In this document: positions 43,730 to 60,700 of the stretch, piece by piece
Layout: each line of letters starts with the position of its first letter
Position numbering within the stretch: the first letter of the stretch is position 1
Source of the DNA: Eledone cirrhosa
Taxonomy: Eukaryota
DNA: 64,000 bases
Assembly: GCA_964016885.1 (NCBI GenBank)
Contig: OZ024741.1
Location: 28,272,001 to 28,336,000, forward strand
Reading direction: 5' to 3'
The notes under the pieces: model-generated
The model's database searches: none
Told to the model about the DNA's origin: nothing
The model's input: the letters and a program-made list of their open reading frames with translations, nothing else
Made by a program: the position numbers and the translations under genes

Positions 43730-46700
43730 AGTGGTACTACAGTGTAGGCTATTGGTATATAACTGGTATATATAGGGATATAACTACATATAGATACTGT
43801 CAGTGGTACTACAGTGTAGGTTATTGGTATATAACTGGTATATATAGGGATATAACTACATATACAGGTACTGTCAGTCTTACTACAGTGTAGGTTATTG
43901 GTATATAACTGATATATATAGAGATATAACTACATATACAGATACTGTCAGTCTTACTACAGTGTAGGTTATTGGTAGATAACTGGTATATATAGGGATA
44001 TAACTACATATAGATACTGTCAGTGATACTACAGTGTAGGTTATTGGTATATAACTGGTATATATAGGGATATAACTACATATAGATACTGTCAGTGGTA
44101 CTACAGTGTAGGTTATTGGTAGATAACTGGTATATATAGGGATATAACTACACATAGATACTGTCAGTCTTACTAGAGTGTAGGTTATTGGTAGATAACT
44201 GGTATATATAAGGATATAACTACACATAGATACTGTCAGTGGTACTATAGTGTAGGTTATTGGTAGATCACTGGTATATATAAGGATATAACTACACATA
44301 GATACTGTCAGTGGTACTACAGTGTAGGTTATTGGTATATAACTGGTATATATAGGGATATAACTACATATAGATACCGTCAGTGGTACTTCAGTGTAGG
44401 TTATTGGTATATAACTTGTATATATAGGGATATAACTACATATAGATACTGTCAGTGGTACTACAGTGTAGTTTATTGGTAGTTAACTGGTATATATAGG
44501 GATATAACTACATACAGATACTGTCAGTGGTACTACAGTGTAGGTTATTGGTAGATAACTGGTATATATAGGGATATAACTACATATAGATACTGTCAGT
44601 GGTACTACAGTGTAGGTTATTGGTATATAACTGGTATATATAGGGATATAACTACACATAGATACTGACAGTGGTAGTACAGTGTAGGTTATTGGTATAT
44701 AACTGGAATATATAGGGATATAACTAGATATAGATACTGTCAGTCGTACTACAGTGTAGGCTATTGGTAGATAACTGGTATATATAGGGATATAACTACA
44801 TATAGATACTGTCAGTGGTAATACAGTGTAGGTTATTGGTATATACCTGTTATATATAGGGATATAACTACATACAGATACTGTTAGTGGTTCTACAGTT
44901 TAGGTTATTAGTATATAACTGGTATATATAGGGATATAACAACGCATAGATACTGACAGTGGTACTACAGTTTAGTTTATTGGTATATAACTGGTATATA
45001 TAGGGATATAACTACACATAGATACTGACAGTGGTACTACAGTGTAGGTTATTGGTATATAACTGGTATATATAGGGATATAACTACATATAGACACTGT
45101 CAGTCGGACTACAGTGTAGGTTATTGGTATATAACTGGTATATATAGGGATATAACTACATATAGATATTGTCAGTGGTACTACAGTGTAGGCTATTGGT
45201 ATATAACTGGTATATATAGGGATATAACTACATATAGATACTGTCAGTGGCACTACAGTGTAGGTTATTGGTATATAACTGGTATATATAGGGATATAAC
45301 TAGATATACAGGTACTGTCAGTCTTACTACAGTGTAGGTTATTGGTATATAACTGATATATATAGAGATATAACTACATATACAGATACTGTCAGTCTTA
45401 CTACAGTGTAGGTTATTGGTAGATAACTGGTATATATAGGGATATAACTACATATAGATACTGTCAGTGATACTACAGTGTAGGTTATTGGTATATAACT
45501 GGTATATATAGGGATATAACTACATATAGATACTGTCAGTGGTACTATAGTGTAGGTTATTGGTAGATAACTGGTATATATAGGGATATAACTACACATA
45601 GATACTGTCAGTCTTACTAGAGTGTAGGTTATTGGTAGATAACTGGTATATATAAGGATATAACTACACATAGATACTGTCAGTGGTACTATAGTGTAGG
45701 TTATTGGTAGATAACCGGTATATATAGGGATATAACTACACATAGATACTGTCAGTGATACTACAGTGTAGGTTATTGGTATATAACTGGTATATATAGG
45801 GATATAACTACATATAGATACTGTCAGTGGTACTATAGTGTAGGTTATTGGTATATAACTGGTATATATAGGGATATAACTACATATAGATACTGTCAGT
45901 GGTACTACAGTGTAGCCTATTGGTATATAACTGGTATATATAGGGATATAACTACATATAGATACTGTCAGTGGTACTACAGTGTAGGTTATTGGTATAT
46001 AACTGGTATATATAGGGATATAACTACATATACAGGTACTGTCAGTCTTACTACAGTGTAGGTTATTGGTATATAACTGATATATATAGAGATATAACTA
46101 CATATACAGATACTGTCAGTCTTACTACAGTGTAGGTTATTGGTAGATAACTGGTATATATAGGGATATAACTACATATAGATACTGTCAGTGATACTAC
46201 AGTGTAGGTTATTGGTATATAACTGGTATATATAGGGATATAACTACATATAGATACTGTCAGTGGTACTACAGTGTAGGTTATTGGTAGATAACTGGTA
46301 TATATAGGGATATAACTACACATAGATACTGTCAGTCTTACTAGAGTGTAGGTTATTGGTAGATAACTGGTATATATAAGGATATAACTACACATAGATA
46401 CTGTCAGTGGTACTATAGTGTAGGTTATTGGTAGATCACTGGTATATATAGGGATATAACTACACATAGATACTGTCAGTGGTACTACAGTGTAGGTTAT
46501 TGGTATATAACTGGTATATATAGGGATATAACTACATATAGATACCGTCAGTGGTACTTCAGTGTAGGTTATTGGTATATAACTTGTATATATAGGGATA
46601 TAACTACATATAGATACTGTCAGTGGTACTACAGTGTAGTTTATTGGTAGTTAACTGGTATATATAGGGATATAACTACATACAGATACTGTCAGTGGTA

Positions 46701-47920
46701 CTACAGTGTAGGTTATTGGTAGATAACTGGTATATATAGGGATATAACTACATATAGATACTGTCAGTGGTACTACAGTGTAGGTTATTGGTATATAACT
46801 GGTATATATAGGGATATAACTACACATAGATACTGACAGTGGTAGTACAGTGTAGGTTATTGGTATATAACTGGAATATATAGGGATATAACTAGATATA
46901 GATACTGTCAGTGGTACTACAGTGTAGGCTATTGGTAGATAACTGGTATATATAGGGATATAACTACATATAGATACTGTCAGTGGTAATACAGTGTAGG
47001 TTATTGGTATATACCTGGTATATATAGGGATATAACTACATACAGATACTGTTAGAGGTTCTACAGTTTAGGTTATTAGTATATAACTGGTATATATAGG
47101 GATATAACAACGCATAGATACTGACAGTGGTACTACAGTTTAGTTTATTGGTATATAACTGGTATATATAGGGATATAACTACACATAGATACTGACAGT
47201 GGTACTACAGTGTAGGTTATTGGTATATAACTGGTATATATAGGGATATAACTACATATAGACACTGTCAGTCGGACTACAGTGTAGGTTATTGGTATAT
47301 AACTGGTATATATAGGGATATAACTACATATAGATATTGTCAGTGGTACTACAGTGTAGGCTATTGGTATATAACTGGTATATATAGGGATATAACTACA
47401 TATAGATACTGTCAGTGGCACTACAGTGTAGGTTATTGGTATATAACTGGTATATATAGGGATATAACTAGATATACAGGTACTGTCAGTCTTACTACAG
47501 TGTAGGTTATTGGTATATAACTGATATATATAGAGATATAACTACATATACAGATACTGTCAGTCTTACTACAGTGTAGGTTATTGGTAGATAACTGGTA
47601 TATATAGGGATATAACTACATATAGATACTGTCAGTGATACTACAGTGTAGGTTATTGGTATATAACTGGTATATATAGGGATATAACTACATATAGATA
47701 CTGTCAGTGGTACTATAGTGTAGGTTATTGGTAGATAACTGGTATATATAGGGATATAACTACACATAGATACTGTCAGTCTTACTAGAGTGTAGGTTAT
47801 TGGTAGATAACTGGTATATATAAGGATATAACTACACATAGATACTGTCAGTGGTACTATAGTGTAGGTTATTGGTAGATAACCGGTATATATAGGGATA
47901 TAACTACACATAGATACTGT
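43730..47920. repeat. Higher-order repeat: 30 monomers, 2168 bp, nearly two copies
   Basis: TTAACTGG at 44483/46651; ORF-track pairs 43895/46063, 44972/47140, 45339/47507. 2168 = 30x72 + 4x2. Confidence 0.9.
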
Positions 47921-48373
47921 CAGTGGTACTACAGTGTAGGTTATTGGTATATAACTGGTATATATAGGGATATAACTACATATAGATACTGTCAGTGGTA
48001 CTACAGTGTAGGTTATTGGTATATAACTTGTATATATAGGGATATAACTACATATAGATACTGTCAGTGGTACTACAGTGTAAGTTATTGGTATACAATT
48101 GGTATATATAGGGATATAACTACATATAGATACTGTCAGTGGTACTACAATGTAGGTTATTGGTATATAACTGGTATATATAGGGATATAACTACATATA
48201 GATACTGTCAGTGGTACTACAGTGTAGGCTATTGTATATATCTGGTATATATAGGGATATAACTACATATAGATACTGTCAGTGGTACTACAGTGTAGGT
48301 TATTGGTATATAACTGGTATATATAGGGATATAACTACATATACAGATACTGTCAGTCTTACTACATTATAGG

Positions 48374-51300
48374 TTACTGGTATATAACTGGTATATATAG
48401 AGATATAACTACATATACAGATACTGTCAGTCTTACTACAGTGTAGGTTATTGGTAGATAACTGGTATATATAGGGATATAACTACATATAGATACTGTC
48501 AGTGGTACTACAGTGTAGGTTATTGGTATATAACTGGTATATATAGGGATATAACTACATATAGATACTGACAGTGGTACTACAGTGTAGGTTATTGGTA
48601 GATAACTGGTATATATAGTGATATAACTACACATAGATACTGTCAGTCTTACTAGAGTGTAGGTTATTGGTAGATAACTGGTATATATAAGGATATAACT
48701 AGACATAGATACTGTCAGTTGTACTATAGTGTAGGTTATTGGTAGATCACTGGTATATATAGGGATATAACTACACATAGATACTGTCAGTGGTACTACA
48801 GTGTAGGTCATTGGATTATAACTGGTATATATAGGGATATAACTACATATACATACTGTCAGTGGTACTACAGTGTAGGTTATTGGTATATAACTTGTAT
48901 ATATAGGGATATAACTACATACAGATACTGTCAGTGGTACTACAGTGTATGTTATTGGTAGATAACTGGTATATATAGGGATATAACTACACATAGATAC
49001 TGTCAGTGGTACTACAGTGTAGGTTATTTGTATATAACTGGTATATATAGGGATATAACTACATATATATACTGTCAGTGGTACTACAGTGTAGTTTATT
49101 GGTAGATAATAGGTATATATTGGGATATAACTACACATAGATACTGTCAGTGGTACTACAGTGTAGGTTATTGGTAGATAACTGGTATATATAGGGATAT
49201 AACTATACATAGAAACTGTCAGTTGTACTACAGTGTAGGTTATTGGTATATAACTGGTAAATATAGGGATATAACTACACATAGATACTGATAGTGGTAC
49301 TACAGTGTAGGTTATTGGTATATGACTGGTATATATAGGGATATAACTACATATAGATGCTATCAGTGGTACTACAGTGTAGGTTATTGGTAGATAACCG
49401 GTATATATAGGGATATAACTACATATAGATACTTTCAGTGGTACTACAGTGTAGGTTATTGGTATATAACTGGTATATATAGGGATATAACTACACATAG
49501 ATACTGACAGTGGTACTACAGTGTAGGTTATTGGTATATAACTGGAATATATAGGGATATAACTACATATAGATATTGTCAGTGGTACTATAGTGTAGGT
49601 TATTGGTATATAACTGGTATATATAGGGATATAACTACATATAGATACTGTCAGTGGTACTACAGTGTAGGTAATTGGTATATAACTGGTATATATAGGG
49701 ATATAACTACATATAGATACTATCAGTGGTACTACAGTGTAGGTTATTGGTATATAATTGGTATATATAGGGATATAACTACATACAGATACTGTCAGTG
49801 GTACTACAGTGTAGGTTATTGGTATATAACTGGTATATATAGGGATATAACTACACATAGATACTGACAGTGGTACTACAGTGTAGGTTATTGGTATATA
49901 ACTGGTATATATAGGGATATAACTACATATAGATACTGTCAGTCGGACTACAGTGTAGGTTATTGGTATATAACTGGTATATATAGGGATATAACTACAT
50001 ATAGATACTGTCAGTGGTACTACAGTGTAGGCTATTGGTATATAACTGGTATATATAGGGATATAACTACATATAGATACTGTCAGTGGTACTACAGTGT
50101 AGGTTATTGGTATATAACTGGTATATATAGGGATATAACTACATATACAGGTACTGTCAGTCTTACTACAGTGTAGGTTATTGGTATATAACTGATATAT
50201 ATAGAGATATAACTACATATACAGATACTGTCAGTCTTACTACAGTGTAGGTTATTGGTAGATAACTGGTATATATAGGGATATAACTACATATAGATAC
50301 TGTCAGTGATACTACAGTGTAGGTTATTGGTATATAACTGGTATATATAGGGATATAACTACATATAGATACTGTCAGTGGTACTACAGTGTAGGTTATT
50401 GGTAGATAACTGGTATATATAGGGATATAACTACACATAGATACTGTCAGTCTTACTAGAGTGTAGGTTATTGGTAGATAACTGGTATATATAAGGATAT
50501 AACTACACATAGATACTGTCAGTGGTACTATAGTGTAGGTTATTGGTAGATCACTGGTATATATAGGGATATAACTACACATAGATACTGTCAGTGGTAC
50601 TACAGTGTAGGTTATTGGTATATAACTGGTATATATAGGGATATAACTACATATAGATACTGTCAGTGGTACTACAGTGTAGGTTATTGGTATATAACTT
50701 GTATATATAGGGATATAACTACATACAGATACTGTCAGTGGTACTACAGTGTATGTTATTGGTAGATAACTGGTATATATAGGGATATAACTACACATAG
50801 ATACTGTCAGTGGTACTACAGTGTAGGTTATTTGTATATAACAGGTATATATAGGGATATAACTACATATATATACTGTCAGTGGTACTACAGTGTAGTT
50901 TATTGGTAGATAATTGGTATATATTGGGATATAACTACACATAGATACTGTCAGTGGTACTACAGTGTAGGTTATTGGTAGATAACTGGTATATATAGAG
51001 ATATAACTATACATAGAAACTGTCAGTTGTACTACAGTGTAGGTTATTGGTATATAACTGGTAAATATAGGGATATAACTACACATAGATACTGATAGTG
51101 GTACTACAGTGTAGGTTATTGGTATATGACTGGTATATATAGGGATATAACTACATATAGATGCTATCAGTGGTACTACAGTGTAGGTTATTGGTAGATA
51201 ACCGGTATATATAGGGATATAACTACATATAGATACTTTCAGTGGTACTACAGTGTAGGTTATTGGTATATAACTGGTATATATAGGGATATAACTACAG

Positions 51301-51720
51301 ATAGATACTGACAGTGGTACTACAGTGTAGGTTATTGGTATATAACTGGAATATATAGGGATATAACTACATATAGATATTGTCAGTGGTACTACAGTGT
51401 AGGTTATTGGTATATAACTGGTATATATAGGGATATAACTACATATAGATACTGTCAGTGGTACTACAGTGTAGGTAATTGGTATATAACTGGTATATAT
51501 AGGGATATAACTACATATAGATACTATCAGTGGTACTACAGTGTAGGTTATTGGTATATAACTGGTATATATAGGGATATAACTACATACAGATACTGTC
51601 AGTGGTACTACAGTGTAGGTTATTGGTATATAACTGGTATATATAGGGATATAACTACACATAGATACTGACAGTGGTACTACAGTGTAGGTTATTGGTA
51701 TATAACTGGTATATATAGGG
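48374..51720. repeat. Higher-order repeat: 25 monomers, 1804 bp, about two imperfect copies
   Basis: ATATTGGGAT at 49117/50921; ORF-track pairs 48374/50178 and 49858/51662. 1804 = 25x72 + 2x2. Confidence 0.85.
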
Positions 51721-54700
51721 ATATAACTACATATAGATACTGTCAGTGGTACTACAGTGTAGGTTATTGGTATATAACTGGTATATATAGGGATATAACT
51801 ACATATACAGGTACTGTCAGTCTTACTACAGTGTAGGTTATTGGTATATAACTGATATATATAGAGATATAACTACATATACAGATACTGTCAGTCTTAC
51901 TACAGTGTAGGTTATTGGTAGATAACTGGTATATATAGGGATATAACTACATATAGATACTGTCAGTGATACTACAGTGTAGGTTATTGGTATATAACTG
52001 GTATATATAGGGATATAACTACATATAGATACTGTCAGTGGTACTACAGTGTAGGTTATTGGTAGATAACTGGTATATATAGGGATATAACTACACATAG
52101 ATACTGTCAGTCTTACTAGAGTGTAGGTTATTGGTAGATAACTGGTATATATAAGGATATAACTACACATAAATACTGTCAGTGGTACTATAGTGTAGGT
52201 TATTGGTAGATCACTGGTATATATAGGGATATAACTACACATAGATACTGTCAGTGGTACTACAGTGTAGGTTATTGGTATATAACTGGTATATATAGGG
52301 ATATAACTACATATAGATACTGTTAGTGGTACTACAGTGTAGGCTATTGGTAGATAACTGGTATATATAGGGATATAACTACATATAGATACTGTCAGTG
52401 GTAATACAGTGTAGGTTATTGGTATATACCTGGTATATATAGGGATATAACTACATACAGATACTGTTAGTGGTTCTACAGTTTAGGTTATTAGTATATA
52501 ACTGGTATATATAGGGATATAACAACGCATAGATACTGACAGTGGTACTACAGTTTAGTTTATTGGTATATAACTGGTATATATAGGGATATAACTACAC
52601 ATAGATACTGACAGTGGTACTACAGTGTAGGTTATTGGTATATAACTGGTATATATAGGGATATAACTACATATAGACACTGTCAGTCGGACTACAGTGT
52701 AGGTTATTGGTATATAACTGGTATATATAGGGATATAACTACATATAGATACTGTCAGTGGCACTACAGTGTAGGTTATTGGTATATAACTGGTATATAT
52801 AGGGATATAACTAGATATACAGGTACTGTCAGTCTTACTACAGTGTAGGTTATTGGTATATAACTGATATATATAGAGATATAACTACATATACAGATAC
52901 TGTCAGTCTTACTACAGTGTAGGTTATTGGTAGATAACTGGTATATATAGGGATATAACTACATATAGATACTGTCAGTGATACTACAGTGTAGGTTATT
53001 GGTATATAACTGGTATATATAGGGATATAACTACATATAGATACTGTCAGTGGTACTATAGTGTAGGTTATTGGTAGATAACTGGTATATATAGGGATAT
53101 AACTACACATAGATACTGTCAGTCTTACTAGAGTGTAGGTTATTGGTAGATAACTGGTATATATAAGGATATAACTACACATAGATACTGTCAGTGGTAC
53201 TATAGTGTAGGTTATTGGTAGATAACCGGTATATATAGGGATATAACTACACATAGATACTGTCAGTGATACTACAGTGTAGGTTATTGGTATATAACTG
53301 GTATATATAGGGATATAACTACATATAGATACTGTCAGTGGTACTATAGTGTAGGTTATTGGTATATAACTGGTATATATAGGGATATAACTACATATAG
53401 ATACTGTCAGTGGTACTACAGTGTAGGCTATTGGTATATAACTGGTATATATAGGGATATAACTACATATAGATACTGTCAGTGGTACTACAGTGTAGGT
53501 TATTGGTATATAACTGGTATATATAGGGATATAACTACATATACAGGTACTGTCAGTCTTACTACAGTGTAGGTTATTGGTATATAACTGATATATATAG
53601 AGATATAACTACATATACAGATACTGTCAGTCTTACTACAGTGTAGGTTATTGGTAGATAACTGGTATATATAGGGATATAACTACATATAGATACTGTC
53701 AGTGATACTACAGTGTAGGTTATTGGTATATAACTGGTATATATAGGGATATAACTACATATAGATACTGTCAGTGGTACTACAGTGTAGGTTATTGGTA
53801 GATAACTGGTATATATAGGGATATAACTACACATAGATACTGTCAGTCTTACTAGAGTGTAGGTTATTGGTAGATAACTGGTATATATAAGGATATAACT
53901 ACACATAGATACTGTCAGTGGTACTATAGTGTAGGTTATTGGTAGATCACTGGTATATATAGGGATATAACTACACATAGATACTGTCAGTGGTACTACA
54001 GTGTAGGTTATTGGTATATAACTGGTATATATAGGGATATAACTACATATAGATACCGTCAGTGGTACTTCAGTGTAGGTTATTGGTATATAGCTTGTAT
54101 ATATAGGGATATAACTACATATAGATACTGTCAGTGGTACTACAGTGTAGTTTATTGGTAGTTAACTGGTATATATAGGGATATAACTACATATAGATAC
54201 TGTCAGTGATACTACAGTGTAGGTTATTGGTATATAACTGGTATATATAGGGATATAACTACATACAGATACTCTCAGTGGTACTACAGTGTAGGTTATT
54301 GGTAGATAACTGGTATATATAGGGATATAACTACATATAGATACTGTCAGTGGTACTACAGTGTAGGTTATTGGTATATAACTGGTATATATAGGGATAT
54401 AACTACACATAGATACTGACAGTGGTAGTACAGTGTAGGTTATTGGTATATAACTGGAATATATAGGGATATAACTAGATATAGATACTGTCAGTGGTAC
54501 TACAGTGTAGGCTATTGGTAGATAACTGGTATATATAGGGATATAACTACATATAGATACTGTCAGTGGTAATACAGTGTAGGTTATTGGTATATACCTG
54601 GTATATATAGGGATATAACTACATACAGATACTGTTAGTGGTTCTACAGTTTAGGTTATTAGTATATAACTGGTATATATAGGGATATAACAACGCATAG

Positions 54701-57700
54701 ATACTGACAGTGGTACTACAGTTTAGTTTATTGGTATATAACTGGTATATATAGGGATATAACTACACATAGATACTGACAGTGGTACTACAGTGTAGGT
54801 TATTGGTATATAACTGGTATATATAGGGATATAACTACATATAGACACTGTCAGTCGGACTACAGTGTAGGTTATTGGTATATAACTGGTATATATAGGG
54901 ATATAACTACATATAGATATTGTCAGTGGTACTAGAGTGTAGGCTATTGGTATATAACTGGTATATATAGGGATATAACTACATATAGATACTGTCAGTG
55001 GCACTACAGTGTAGGTTATTGGTATATAACTGGTATATATAGGGATATAACTAGATATACAGGTACTGTCAGTCTTACTACAGTGTAGGTTATTGGTATA
55101 TAACTGATATATATAGAGATATAACTACATATACAGATACTGACAGTCTTACTACAGTGTAGGTTATTGGTAGATAACTGGTATATATAGGGATATTACT
55201 ACATATAGATACTGTCAGTGATACTACAGTGTAGGTTATTGGTATATAACTGGTATATATAGGGATATAACTACATATAGATACTGTCAGTGGTACTATA
55301 GTGTAGGTTATTGGTAGATAACTGGTATATATAGGGATATAACTACACATAGATACTGTCAGTCTTACTAGAGTGTAAGTTATTGGTATATAATTGGTAT
55401 ATATAGGGATATAACTACATATAGATACTGTCAGTGGTACTACAATGTAGGTTATTGGTATATAACTGGTATATATAGGGATATAACTACATATAGATAC
55501 TGTCAGTGGTACTACAGTGTAGGTTATTGGTATATAACTGGTATATATAGGGATATAACTACATATACAGATACTGTCAGTCTTACTACATTATAGGTTA
55601 CTGGTATATAACTGGTATATATAGAGATATAACTACATATACAGATACTGTCAGTCTTACTACAGTGTAGGTTATTGGTAGATAACTGGTATATATAGGG
55701 ATATAACTACATATAGATACTGTCAGTGGTACTACAGTGTAGGTTATTGGTATATAACTGGTATATATAGGGATATAACTACATATAGATACTGACAGTG
55801 GTACTACAGTGTAGGTTATTGGTAGATAACTGGTATATATAGTGATATAACTACACATAGATACTGTCAGTCTTACTAGAGTGTAGGTTATTGGTAGATA
55901 ACTGGTATATATAAGGATATAACTACACATAGATACTGTCAGTTGTACTATAGTGTAGGTTATTGGTAGATCACTGGTATATATAGGGATATAACTACAC
56001 ATAGATACTGTCAGTGGTACTACAGTGTAGGTCATTGGCATATAACTGGTATATATAGGGATATAACTACATATAGATACTGTCAGTGGTACTACAGTGT
56101 AGGTTATTGGTATATAACTTGTATATATAGGGATATAACTACATACTGATACTGTCAGTGGTACTACAGTGTATGTTATTGGTAGATAACTGGTATATAT
56201 AGGGATATAACTACACATAGATACTGTCAGTGGTACTACAGTGTAGGTTATTTGTATATAACTGGTATATTTAGGGATATAACTACATATATATACTGTC
56301 AGTGGTACTACAGTGTAGTTTATTGGTAGATAATTGGTATATATTGGGATATAACTACACATAGATACTGTCAGTGGTACTACAGTGTAGGTTATTGGTA
56401 GATAACTGGTATATATAGAGATATAACTATACATAGAAACTGTCAGTTGTACTACAGTGTAGGTTATTGGTATATAACTGGTAAATATAGGGATATAACT
56501 ACACATAGATACTGATAGTGGTACTACAGTGTAGGTTATTGGTATATGACTGGTATATATAGGGATATAACTACATATAGATGCTATCAGTGGTACTACA
56601 GTGTAGGTTATTGGTAGATAACCGGTATATATAGGGATATAACTACATATAGATACTTTCAGTGGTACTACAGTGTAGGTTATTGGTATATAACTGGTAT
56701 ATATAGGGATATAACTACACATAGATACTGACAGTGGTACTACAGTGTAGGTTATTGGTATATAACTGGAATATATAGGGATATAACTACATATAGATAT
56801 TGTCAGTGGTACTACAGTGTAGGTTATTGGTATATAACTGGTATATATAGGGATATAACTACATATAGATACTGTCAGTGGTACTACAGTGTAGGTTATT
56901 GGTAGATAACTGGTATATATAGGGATATAACTACATATAGATACTGTCAGTGATACTACAGTGTAGGTTATTGGTATATAACTGGTATATATAGGGATAT
57001 AACTACATATAGATACTGTCAGTGGTACTACAGTGTAGGTTATTGGTAGATAACTGGTATATATAGGGATATAACTACACATAGATACTGTCAGTCTTAC
57101 TAGAGTGTAGGTTATTGGTAGATAACTGGTATATATAAGGATATAACTACACATAGATACTGTCAGTGGTACTATAGTGTAGGTTATTGGTAGATCACTG
57201 GTATATATAGGGATATAACTACACATAGATACTGTCAGTGGTACTACAGTGTAGGTTATTGGTATATAACTGGTATATATAGGGATATAACTACATATAG
57301 ATACTGTCAGTGGTACTACAGTGTAGGTTATTGGTATATAACTTGTATATATAGGGATATAACTACATATAGATACTGTCAGTGGTACTACAGTGTAGTT
57401 TATTGGTAGATAACTGGTATATATAGGGATATAACTACATACAGATACTGTCAGTGGTACTACAGTGTAGGTTATTGGTAGATAACTGGTATATATAGGG
57501 ATATAACTACATATAGATACTGTCAGTGGTACTACAGTGTAGGTTATTGGTATATAACTGGTATATATAGGGATATAACTACACATAGATACTGACAGTG
57601 GTAGTACAGTGTAGGTTATTGGTATATAACTGGAATATATAGGGATATAACTAGATATAGATACTGTCAGTGGTACTACAGTGTAGGCTATTGGTAGATA

Positions 57701-60700
57701 ACTGGTATATATAGGGATATAACTACATATAGATACTGTCAGTGGTAATACAGTGTAGGTTATTGGTATATACCTGGTATATATAGGGATATAACTACAT
57801 ACAGATACTGTTAGTGGTTCTACAGTTTAGGTTATTAGTATATAACTGGTATATATAGGGATATAACAACGCATAGATACTGACAGTGGTACTACAGTTT
57901 AGGTTATTGGTATATAACTGGTATATATAGGGATATAACTACACATAGATACTGACAGTGGTACTACAGTGTAGGTTATTGGTATATAACTGGTATATAT
58001 AGGGATATAACTACATATAGATACTGTCAGTCGGACTACAGTGTAGGTTATTGGTATATAACTGGTATATATAGGGATATAACTACATATAGATACTGTC
58101 AGTGGTACTACAGTGTAGGCTATTGGTATATAACTGGTATATATAGGGATATAACTACATATAGATACTGTCAGTGGTACTACAGTGTAGGTTATTGGTA
58201 TATAACTGGTATATATAGGGATATAACTACATATACAGGTACTGTCAGTCTTACTACAGTGTAGGTTATTGGTATATAACTGATATATATAGAGATATAA
58301 CTACATATACAGATACTGTCAGTCTTACTACAGTGTAGGTTATTGGTAGATAACTGGTATATATAGGGATATAACTACATATAGATACTGTCAGTGATAC
58401 TACAGTGTAGGTTATTGGTATATAACTGGTATATATAGGGATATAACTACATATAGATACTGTCAGTGGTATATTAGTGTAGGTTATTGGTAGATAACTG
58501 GTATATATAGGGATATAATTACACATAGATACTGTCAGTCTTACTAGAGTGTACGTTATTGGTAGATAACTGGTATATATAAGGATATAACTACACATAG
58601 ATACTGTCAGTGGTACTATAGTGTAGGTTATTGGTAGATCACTGGTATATATAGGGATATAACTACACATAGATACTGTCAGTGGTACTACAGTGTAGGT
58701 TATTGGTATATAACTGGTATATATAGGGATATAACTACATATAGATACTGTCAGTGGTACTACAGTGTAGGTTATTGGTATATAACTTGTATATATAGGG
58801 ATATAACTACATATAGATACTGTCAGTGGTACTACAGTGTAAGTTATTGGTATATAATTGGTATATATAGGGATATAACTACATATAGATACTGTCAGTG
58901 GTACTACAATGTAGGTTATTGGTATATAACTGGTATATATAGGGATATAACTACATATAGATACTGTCAGTGGTACTACAGTGTAGGTTATTGGTATATA
59001 ACTGGTATATATAGGGATATAACTACATATAGATGCTGTCAGTGGTACTACAGTGTAGGTTATTGGTAGATAACTGGTATATATAGGGATATAACTACAT
59101 ATAGATACTGTCAGTGGTACTACAGTGTATGTTATTGGTATATAACTGGTAAATATAGGGATATAACTACACATAGATACTGATAGTGGTACTACAGTGT
59201 AGGTTATTGGTATATAACTGGTATATATAGGGATATAACTACATATAGATGCTGTCAGTGGTACTACAGTGTAGGTTATTGGTAGATAACTGGTATATAT
59301 AGGGATATAACTACATATAGATACTGTCAGTGGTACTACAGTGTAGGTTATTGGTATATAACTGGTATATATAGGGATATAACTACACATAGATACTGAC
59401 AGTGGTACTACAGTGTAGGTTATTGGTATATAACTGGAATATATAGGGATATAACTACATATAGATATTGTCAGTGGTACTACAGTGTAGGTTATTGGTA
59501 TATAACTGGTATATATAGGGATATAACTACATATAGATACTGTCAGTGGTACTACAGTGTAGGTAATTGGTATATAACTGGTATATATAGGGATATAACT
59601 ACATATAGATACTATCAGTGGTACTACAGTGTAGGTTATTGGTATATAACTGGTATATATAGGGATATAACTACACATAGATACTGTCAGTCTTACTAGA
59701 GTGTAGGTTATTGGTAGATAACTGGTATATATAAGGATATAACTACACATAGACACTGTCAGTGGTACTATAGTGTAGGTTATTGGTAGATCACTGGGAT
59801 ATATAGGGATATAACTACACATAGATACTGTCAGTGGTACTACAGTGTAGGTTATTGGTATATAACTGGTATATATAGGGATATAACTACATATAGATAC
59901 AGTCAGTGGTACTACAGTGTAGGTTATTGGTATATAACTTTTATATATAGGGATATAACTACATATAGATACTGTCAGTAGTATTACAGTGTAGGTTTTT
60001 GGTATATAACTGGTATATATAGGGATATAACTACACATAGATACTGAGAGTGGTACTACAGTGTAGGTTATTCGTAGATAACTGGTATATAGAGTGATAT
60101 AACTACACATAGATACTGACAGTGGTACTACAGTGTAGGTTATTGGTATATAACTGGAATATATAGGGACGTAACTACATATAGATATTGTCAGTGGTAC
60201 TACAGTGTAGGTTATTGGTATATAACTGGTATATATAGGGATATAACTTCATATAGATACTGTTAGTGGTACTACAGTGTAGGTTATTGGTATATGACTG
60301 GTATATATAGGGATATAACTACATATAGATACTGTCAGTGGTACTACAGTGTAGGTTATTGGTATATAACTGGTATATATAGGGATATAACTACATATAG
60401 ATACTGTCAATGGTACTACAGTGTAGGTTATTGGTATATAACTGGTATATATAGGGATATAACTACATACAGATACTGTCAGTGGTACTACAGTGTAGGT
60501 TATTAGTATATAACTGATCTATATAGGGATATAACTACACATAGATACTGACAGTGGTACCACAGTGTAGGTGATTGGTATATATCTGGTATATATAGGG
60601 ATATAACTATATATAGATACTGTCAGTGGTACTACAGTGTAGGCTATTGGTATATAACTGGTATATATAGGGATACAACTACATATAGATACTGTCAGTG

